Source: Gracilinanus agilis (lineage: Eukaryota). Taken from it: a stretch of DNA of 64,000 bases. The notes under the pieces were generated by a model. It saw only the letters and a program-made list of their open reading frames with translations. It did no database searches and was not told the DNA's origin. The stretch covers positions 42,434,291-42,498,290 of the forward strand of contig NC_058131.1 in NCBI RefSeq assembly GCF_016433145.1, read 5' to 3'. The position numbers were made by a program, and so were the translations under genes. Below are positions 55,239-64,000 of the stretch, one piece after another (position 1 is the stretch's first letter; every line of letters starts with the position of its first letter).

Positions 55239-58200
55239 GCGCACGCACGCAGTTATGACTTGACAAGTGAGAATTTCATTCAATTTGGTCCAGTAATTAT
55301 GATGTTGTTTTCTTTAACGAAAGAAGTTGGGATGTTATCCAAGTAATAAATCTTGAAAGTTGATTTTATAATATATGGAAAGTAAGAAATACTTAATTGA
55401 GACCACATGGCATAGATACCCTATTCTTCCAGGCTCCAATGGATTTTATAACCACACTGCAGTTCATGGAATTCATTCCTGTAGTAGAAACCCTTTAAGG
55501 CTAGAGACTTTTACCCAGGTCAAAAGGACAGCTGAGAAATTACTTCTCCCTTTATCTACCAGAAAAGTTAAGACAAATACAATATTTGTCCTTTAGTGAT
55601 AACAGAAGTATGGATCACACACATTATTGTTAAATTCTGGGTGTTTTTTTTCCTAGGTGCTCATTTCTATTGCCCTACACTTCTCTAAGCACACATCAAT
55701 CAATATAGAAATGATGCACCAGTCTTTACAATAAAGCAAGAGTTGATTTTTCTCCAGAGAATGACTAAGAATTAAGCTACCCTGGGAAGAAGAAAACCAT
55801 TTTTACTGCAGGGATTTAATTTAGTCATTATATTGCATTTGTTGCTGGCAGTCTGGGATACTGGTAGCAGCTAAACCATAAAGAAAAGACAAAGCAACTT
55901 GTTTTCCTTAAACTCTTCCCAAATTCCATCAAGGGACTGATTTACTTAAGTAAACAACATTCAATTCTACAGTAGTGATTAGTCATTAAAATCTCCAAAC
56001 TCTGAAATCACATCAAAGTACTTTGTTTTCCCAAAGCTTCTAGGACTAGTTCTTGACCTCAGTGCCTCTGCTCTCTGGGAGGAACCTGCCAAGCAAACCT
56101 AATAGTCTCTGGTTGAAGTTCAAATTCCCAATGCCAAATGACTTTTCCTACAACAAGAAAACAGGTCCAAATGCACAGACACAACTAGAAGGAAAGTTCT
56201 CATTAGCTGTTTTCTAGGGAAGCCCAAAGAAAACTTGTAGCCAGGAGTATGCAGCCCAAACTTTCCTGACTTAAGGCTAAAAGGAGAGAGAACGAATTTA
56301 GGTGGAAATGGCAAGAAGGAAGATGATAAAGAATAATGTGACCATCCATGAAGACTACCTCAGAAAATGTTTGTAGGATTGAATTTGTTGTTGGAGAATG
56401 GCCTGTCAATACAACAACTGTACTGAATCCCTCTCTTCCACAGGAAGCACAATCATCTCTCAAATGCCTTAAAACTCCAACAATCTGATTGGATGGCTGG
56501 GATGAAATAACATGTATTTCGGAGAAGGAAAAACAATACCCAACCCAATAAAATTCTCTTTGCTTCGCCAGCTGTTTGGTTCATCTTAAGCCTGTTGGAT
56601 CAAGCTCTGCTCTTACTAAAAGGATAATTTACAGAAGATCTTTTTTCTCCAAAGGACACTGGCCTGTTCTAAAGTGGATCAAACTGGCTACTTCTTGTCC
56701 TGGGCCTACTGTTATAGCCACAGAGCACCACTGTCCAGTCACCTGAATCATGCTCCCAGGGAAGCTTGAAACCAAAGTAAGTGAACGAACATTTCAGATC
56801 TCACTCTCAAAGAAGTCTGTTCTATCCTTGGACAGAGCAAAAGCCCCAAAGTATTGAAGACCAATGCTGGCTTGGCTTTCAGAAGCCCTAGGCCTCTTTT
56901 TAGATGAGATGCCAACAAACTGTGGTCTGACCCACCCATCTGAATGAAAGAAGTGATTTGATTTTAAAGACAAACACACCAGCCTGGGAGGTTCTGACTG
57001 GCTCAAACTGGTTTTTCCCCACCTAGAGTTTTCTCATTAGTGAGAAGGGGATACTTCTCCTTTCCACCCAGGGATCTGAAGAGAAACAGTAACTGAAAAA
57101 CAAGAAAGCCAAGTATCCTTTTTGCCAGGTAAGTTTCTAGCCAAATGTTTTTGAGGTGACTACGCAGCTGCCTTTTTTCTATTTCTCTAAGCAATGATAT
57201 GGTATCATAATGCAACCACTAAACTCTATCTTGTCCCTAGAGAGGACGGGCCTCTCCTAGGAGACAGTAACTCCTGTGCATACAACTGGGAAGTCCACAT
57301 TTCTATTTACAAAGAAAGAACCTGGATTAGTGCAAAATCTCCAAGTAGTAGGGGCACCCTACCCACAGCCAGTGGTACTGTGTTCCAAACAAACAAAACA
57401 CCCCCTGCCAGGCCTTTGGCACATCACTACAGAAAACCTCATCCACTATATTTGTTCCTCCACCTTCCTCAACTCCTAAATCTCTGGTCTCAAAAGTCTT
57501 TCCTGAAAATTCTATCCTTTGCTCTGTTCTTAGGTTGGGAGACAGTTCTCTTCCCCTCCTCCTTTTGCCCAGCTTTGTCTCAGCCAAAGAATTATATGGA
57601 ATGCTAAATGTAGCAGAAATCTCGAGGTTTTGACTCAAATAAAAAGACATACTAGGTAAAGGGAGTCTAAATAAATGAGCTGTGAAGGAGATCACAGACC
57701 TCACACTCACCAAAACTGACAAGAAAAGCCAACTTCTTTGGGCGGCTGCTAGCAAGTTATCTAAACCATAAATTAGTTTCACCTTCAGGTCTCTCTCTTT
57801 AATTAATGAGCAAAGGCCCAAGAAAAAAAGCCAAGCTTGAGTCCAAAAGTATTTTACTAAAGAAGGAATGACCTAGACTGATTAGTGGGTAAATAACTGT
57901 GTTACAATTCAGAAGGTAGGGAAAGGAAGGAAAGGGAGAGATTCCAAAGGCAAACCAACCCTATTCCTAAGTTCTGAAGACCTTGGATTTATTGCTTCCA
58001 AGATTTGAGGGGGCGAAGGGGTACAGAGAAGGCCAAGTTCATGAATCATGTGTACTAGTTCTTTGTTCCTTGGTTTTAGCAGTTTTAATTGGGGAAAAAA
58101 AGTCTAGAGGCTAGATCTCATAGCAGTTTGTAGCATCTGGGGTTTCACTTCAAGGTCAAAGAAATACTCCACTCAAAACAGTGTGCAAAGACATTTTTTT

Positions 58201-59533
58201 TAACCTTTTCTCTTGAGAAAACAAAGCAAACCCAAAAACTGAAACTAATTTTCCATTTCAGTGGGTAAGGATAAACAGAAAGAAGAAAACTCAACGAGTA
58301 ATAGAGGATAATTTCCTTGATGGAGAAGATGACAGGAAGCCAGGATCAAAGTCCACATGAATCAAGTTCTTGGAGAGAATGCTTCCCTCTTCAACAGAGC
58401 CAAGTGGGTCAATGGTATGGCTATTACTCAGCGTGGCTGGTGAGGTGTACTACTGAACTCGCCATACAGATATCATTCCAGTTGATCTTCCCTCAAAGGA
58501 TCAGAAGCTTATATGCCTACGACAGATAGGCCAAGTAAGGCTGAACTGGCAAAAAGAAAGTGCATCATACCTGGAGAAAAGAAAACCAAGAAGGGGAAAC
58601 TAGACTTTTTGAGAGAAAGAACAACAGCATCACTTGCTTTTATCACTGACAGGGATGTCATCCCTGGCTTTGCTCAGACTTGATGTCCTCAGCCTAGTGC
58701 AGCTAAAGGAGCCCATCAAGACAGCAGACAGTTACCTGCAGGGTTTTCCCCCACTGGAGGATCCAATAATCAAACCTCTTCAATGACTGCTTTGAGAGAG
58801 AATACAAAGACCAAGTTGGAGACTGCTCTTCTGAGACATCACTCCAATAAAAACCCTTATCAAGTCTCACACCAATGAGGTAGCTAATCGTTCTATTGCT
58901 CAGTGTGTCATTGCACCAAACCCCTCTGCACAATGTACATGAGGAAATGTAAATTGGAATATCCCCAACGAACTGCCTAAGAGGAGCATCTCCTCAAGCC
59001 ACTGTCTGGATGTAGCCTGAATGGGTATGATATCTGGCCACACTACTGAAATTGGTATGCAGAATGCCCAAGTGAAGAAAGGAGAGTTAACGCTAAGCTA
59101 GAGGCCAGCAAATACCAGCTATTCTTGGTTGTAGGTGGCACAAAGAGCAAGTACTTGTATCAGACGGCCACCCTTCAAAGGGCAGCCACAATGGTGCAAC
59201 TGTTTCTGCTCAACAGATATTCACTTCCGTTCAGCCTGTTAGGCTATCTGCCAACATCAGAATTGGGAGAGAGGAGACCTGAAAGGAACAAACACGGGGA
59301 GAATGTACTGGATGGAGTAAAGATGAAAAATAATTTAAAGCAAAAAAAAAGTTACTGTAGGTGAAGTTTCAAACAATCTCAAGATTTTAAAAATAAGCTT
59401 CAAAGTGAAGAAATGGAGAATAGACTATGGAGAAAGAATAGGAAACGACGAAGGAAGGAGGAAGCAGTTGGCGAGATGATCCTAGTAGGATATCCTAGTG
59501 TGAGAAAGAAGGCGACGGGGTTCCCTCCCAGAA
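52998..59533 (-). other. PDPR: Probable long (~6.5 kb) PDPR 3'UTR ending at an AATAAA at 52998-53003
   Basis: Downstream of the stop, nearly free of the SINEs that fill the flanks; TTTATT at 52998-53003 (another near 53952). Human PDPR has a multi-kb 3'UTR as I recall. Confidence 0.5.
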
Positions 59534-59938
59534 TTACTTTCCGTGCACGTCACTCATTTCTATCTCATCCTTTCGTCGTTTGTAAGCGAAAAGGGAGACG
59601 AAGGGGTAAAGTTTAGCCTTGGCCTGGAAGCGATGCCCTGCAATGTCGATCTCATACTCTCCACGGTTAATGAAATCAGTTGTTACCACTAGCTGTTCCC
59701 CGGTCTCCTCATTAAAGTTGTGTACAAAGCCAAGGCAGATGTGACGCTCCAGAGTGTAGCTGTAGGCGCTGCTGGTGGTCATACCGACATACTGCCCATT
59801 CCGATAAATGGGCTCTCCCCACCAGGGCCAGAAGTCCAGGTCTGTGTCGTGGTCTTCAAGGATGAACATCGTGAAGCGTTTATACACTCCATTCTGCTTT
59901 TGCTTTAACAGTGCATCCCGACCAATAAAGTCCATCCC
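59534..59938 (-). CDS. PDPR: PDPR terminal coding exon
   Basis: Acceptor ttccag|GGG ATG, 134 codons plus stop; WPWWGEPIYRNG and EYEIDIAG motifs. Confidence 0.96.
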   Translation of the reverse strand, partial: GMDFIGRDALLKQKQNGVYKRFTMFILEDHDTDLDFWPWWGEPIYRNGQYVGMTTSSAYSYTLERHICLGFVHNFNEETGEQLVVTTDFINRGEYEIDIAGHRFQAKAKLYPFVSLFAYKRRKDEIEMSDVHGK

Positions 59939-62579
59939 CTGGAAAAGAAAAAAAAACACAGACCTTCAGCATGCAGGCCACCATTATTTGATTTTGAGAA
60001 ACAGCACTAAGAATCTTTGATCTCAATACATTACAATGCCACCCTCTAGTCATTTCTGGTGAGGTCTTTATCCTTACACTGGAGGTGGCCTACTTCACAC
60101 CTCTTTAGCAACAGCAGATTAAATACTTGTTAAAAATTTAAATAAGACTTCAGTCATAAGACAAATTAGCATGAATTTTTTTTAAAACTTAGATATTGGT
60201 ATAACAATACAAATCCCATAATTACCAAAGCATTAAAAAAAGTAGTCAATCTAAAGGATTTCACAGCTACAGCATTAGAACAAGAATTTTCTATAGACAC
60301 TTTGTTATTTTCAAGTAATTGAATAAAAGGATATTCTATTCATAATAATCTATTTGCTGTTGCAACTCTGGCATTTCCAAGTGTATTATTCTATGAACAC
60401 TCTTTCCTAATCTGACAAGAGCATCCTCCCATAGAGGATCTGAATCTGGGTGTATGCAGTACCTTATCCAATTTCACTCGAAACTCTCGTCCACACTCCA
60501 TGGGTGTTGTGTAAGCATTCAAATCTTGACCCCAAAAGGCAAAAAAATTCTCAATGCGGAGGCTTCGGAGAGCATAATATCCAGCATTTCGGATTCCATA
60601 TTTCTGTCCAACACTCATGAGCTCATTGTACACATGCAGGGCATACTGTAAGGACAAAGAAATTAAGTTTCCTGATGCATTTTAGGGAATTATGACTGAT
60701 GAGGAAATGAGATCATGCTATATGACTCCCATGTCCTTCTTGCTCAAATGCATAGCTGAGAGTTCCTGAGGCTCCTTCCAGGCCAAGCCAATGTGTAAAG
60801 TTCAACTAGGTAGCATCAGTTAATCTCCTCCTTAAAAACAAATTCAGCAGGATACTCTGTGGTATAGACTACTAGCTCCCCTAAAGAACAAATAACACCT
60901 CATTATCCATGATCTGATATGCTAGAAGGACACAAATAAAATTTTCTGATTTGCATTTGGAAACAGTTAATAGCTGATGTCATTTGGATACTATTGGATA
61001 CTATACTCCCAAACTAGGCAGCAAGATCCTTGAAGGAAGGGACCATTTTTTAAAAAATACTTCTTTGCTCCTCTACAATACCACATAGTGTCATGCAAAG
61101 GTCTTTAATAAATACCTGTTAAACAAATACACTTATAGCTTAAAAGCAGAAATTCTATTACTATTGTAATATGACTATTACAATAGGATCCATTTCTTCT
61201 TTCACACCTTTCATCCCATTGTGGCCTACTATTGCTCTCACCACTTCTCAAGCTACTACTCATTGTTTTTATCTCTTTCCTCACACTTTGCTTCTTTTCA
61301 TAAAATGAATATTGGGTACTGTTCTGACCAACTCTAAGTCTGTGTAATAGTTTCTAATTTCTCAGAGATACCAACAATAATAAACTCTGGAAGCATGGAA
61401 GAACCAAAAGAAAAACCATGAAGTCAATCTCTTCTATTTTCTCTAACCCTAAATCTAAAAAGATTCTTTTGGTGACATCAACACCTTTCTCTTTAAAAGA
61501 TCAAGAAATCATTCGCTTCAGGAAAAGTCCTAGTCATGCTTCAGTTAAGCCCTCCTCTCACACTTCTTCCTCTATGTTACTAGCCACTGTGCCCCTTGAC
61601 AAGGGCTCTTTTCTCACTCCTCTAAATTCTCGAGATCAAATGACTCGGTTACAGGACGAAGTGTATCAATCTACTTACCCAAGGCCCCACTCAAACATCC
61701 CAGTAACTATGTAGGGGCCAAAGACCCCTCAGAGGGTGATCTCAACCATTAGAATTAAAGATCCTTCAGGGCAGGGGTTATTTGTACCTTTTGCATTTGT
61801 ATTCCCAGCACAGTGGTTTCTGGCACAGAATAAATACTTTATAAATGCTTTTTTCATTCATTCATTTAAACGCTGGTTTCAGAAACTTACACAGCAACTA
61901 ATTTAAATGTACATAAGTGTCTCTGAATTAGAAACAAATTTAGGATACTTGATGTCAACTAAGAAAATTAATGACTGCAAGGGGTAGCTAGGTAGAACAG
62001 TGGATATAACACCAGGGCTGGAGTCAGGAGGATCTGGTTTCAAATATGGCCTCAAACACCTCCTAACTGTGTGAACCTGGACAAGTCACTTAACCCCAAT
62101 TACCTCGCCCTTACTGCTCTTCTGCCTTAGAATTAATTCTAAGACAGAAAGTAAGGGTTAAAAAAAAAAAGAAGAAAGAAAGAAAATTAATATGAATGCA
62201 TAAAAGTCACATAGTCTCATTCACAAGACAAACTGAACATCCAAATAGCCTCTCTAACCCTGCCTTGTCTGGTTACTGGCACACACTGCACTCAGCTATA
62301 TCCCTATGTGAAATAATATGTATGGAGAAATGGAATTCAAGTAGAAAACCTCCTTTAAAAAAAACTGTCTTAAATTTTGCTTCCAATAATTAAGAGTCAC
62401 CAGCTATGTGGGTGGCCTGACAGATAGATTTGATCAATCATCAACAACTGAATCTTATCAACACTGAAAAGCTCTTATAACTCTCTTACCTCTATAGGAA
62501 TGTAGAGCATGAATCCAGGCTCTCCCGTGTGAGTCATGCTCATCACTCTGATTCCATTCGCATAACCTACACTCATCTC
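59534..62579 (-). CDS. PDPR: Pyruvate dehydrogenase phosphatase regulatory subunit, last three coding exons (62490-62579, 60463-60645, 59534-59938); 5' part lies beyond the window
   Basis: Translation EMSVGYANGIRVMSMTHTGEPGFMLYIPIE|YALHVYNELM...RVKLDK|GMDFIGRDAL...SDVHGK* matches the PDPR GCV-T-like C-terminus; phase-0 GT-AG junctions. Confidence 0.96.
60463..60645 (-). CDS. PDPR: PDPR penultimate coding exon
   Basis: Acceptor ttacag|, donor AAG|GTACTG, 183 nt. Confidence 0.95.
61981..62170 (+). mobile_element. SINE in a PDPR intron (antisense to PDPR)
   Basis: ggggtagctaggtagaacagtgg head, CORE, tail and A-run. Confidence 0.8.
62490..62579 (-). CDS. PDPR: PDPR antepenultimate coding exon
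   Basis: Acceptor ctacag|, donor GAG|GTAAGA, 90 nt. Confidence 0.95.
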
Positions 62580-62922
62580 CTGTAGAAACAAAGCAGAAGA
62601 GAAATTTAGAAAGAGAGGATGGTAATCATTTAAGACCTCTACTAGGCAAAGGCCATTCATTAACTCTGAACTCTGGTCTAAACCTGAGAAATATACACTT
62701 CAATGAAAAGGAGAATACCATTCTTGGGACTCCCCCTTTCTAGTCTGCTGGAATTTAATTCAACAAATATTTATTAAGTGCCTACTTACTATTACACTCT
62801 CCTGTGAATCTCAGGTCCTTGAAGTACTAAAATCATTCCTCTATGCTCTGTCTTTGATTTATAGACAGAAATTACAATCTTTGCCCTCAATTCTATTGAA
62901 TGGGAAGGGGTGGGGAGAGTTA

Positions 62923-62972
<50 letters not shown>

Positions 62973-62974
<2 letters not shown>

Positions 62975-63160
62975 TTTTTTTTTTAAACTCTTAACTTCTG
63001 TCTTAGTAGCAATTCTAAGACAGAGTGGCAAAGGCTGGGCAACTGGTATTAAGTGATTTGTCCAGGGTCATACAGCTAGGAAGTGCCTAAGGTCAGATTT
63101 GAACCCAAGTCCTCCTAACTCCAAATGTGATACTCAATCCACTGTGCTACCTAGCTGCCC
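62973..63160 (-). mobile_element. SINE in a PDPR intron (sense to PDPR)
   Basis: Reverse-complement copy ending atccactgtgctacctagctgccc. Confidence 0.8.
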
Positions 63161-63199
63161 TACAATCAAATTTCAAAAGGGAAAAAAAAACACTCTACC

Positions 63200-63830
63200 T
63201 GGGAAGTTCAAGGAAGGTTTCAAGCAGAAAGAGCACCTGCACTGTCTCAAAAGGATCTATGGATTCTAAAGGGCAGAGGTGAGAAGAAATGTATTCCAGG
63301 AATGGGGGCATTCTGAGGACAGGCAAAAACAAGCAGACCAGTCTGTCTATAAGAGAGTGCCTGAAGGGACAGATTTACAAAGTGAGTCTCCAGAGTGAGG
63401 GAGGACATAGATGATGACTGGATAAAGAGTGTTATTTTATCCTCAGACCACATAGAGCTACTGAAGCTTTTTGAACTGAGGAGTAACATGGTTAGACTAA
63501 TGACTGAGGATAAGATGGCTTTGGTAGCTTAGTAGAATATAAATTAGAGAGAAGCTGCAAGAAAGGAGTCCCATTAGGCTATTGTATGAAATCAAGTGAA
63601 AGACAAGGTGAAAGCTGTGGGGGTGCAGAAAAAAGGATAGATGTGACATGCTATAAAGAAAGGACTTGGCAAAACACTGGAATGCTGCTAGTGAAAGAAA
63701 GGAAAGATTCTAAGGTGACTCTATGGTTATCCAGGGTACTAAAAGAATGGTGCTGCCCTCAAAAGAAATAAGGATGTTATTAATTGTTAGAGAAGGAATA
63801 GGTTGCTTTGGGAGAAGTATAATGAATCAT
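63200..63830 (-). mobile_element. L2 LINE fragment
   Basis: Purine-rich reverse-complement L2 pattern (gagctactgaagctttttgaactgaggagtaacatgg, aaggtgactct). Confidence 0.6.
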
Positions 63831-64000
63831 TTTGGGACACTAACATGTCTGTTTGCCATGAGTTGCCTTACAATACAGATATAATGGACATAGAATGAGC
63901 CTGTTTGCAGGAAAGAGCCAAACAGAAGCCTGCAGCACTCATTCCCAGATGCCTTCACTGTGTTTGATGGCTGACCTTGCTGAGCTGTCCATCACAAACT

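Noticed and set aside
63841-64000. Next upstream PDPR exon
   Set aside because: No reading frame here matches the expected preceding PDPR peptide, so it must lie beyond the window.

Overview
Vertebrate genomic DNA, almost certainly marsupial and probably a didelphid such as Monodelphis. This is inferred from abundant SINE1_Mdo-, MAR1-, MIR- and L2-type repeats and marsupial-type L1 3' ends; the draft assembly has five N-gaps plus a single N. Three protein-coding genes were rebuilt by hand, with GT-AG boundaries and continuous reading frame checked at every junction. (1) A complete 12-coding-exon CLEC18A on the minus strand (CDS 25974->5919, about 483 aa; signal peptide, CAP/SCP, 2x EGF, C-type lectin with QPD/WND). 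(2) A complete 8-exon fibulin-7-like gene on the plus strand (30132->38285, 426 aa; signal peptide, coiled coil, Sushi, EGF/cbEGF, fibulin C-terminal domain), head-to-head with CLEC18A across a CpG island. (3) The last three coding exons and a probable ~6.5 kb 3'UTR of PDPR on the minus strand. A CpG island at the left edge probably holds the 5' end of a fourth, unidentified minus-strand gene. Best leads: the intact fibulin-7 paralogue sits between PDPR and CLEC18, where to my recollection placental mammals have no such gene; a SINE copy at the left CpG island has about 20 AT->GC versus 2 GC->AT changes, suggesting GC-biased gene conversion; and CLEC18A has a possibly frameshift-extended C-terminus. 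Repeat boundaries are approximate, and family names come from recognition rather than a database search.
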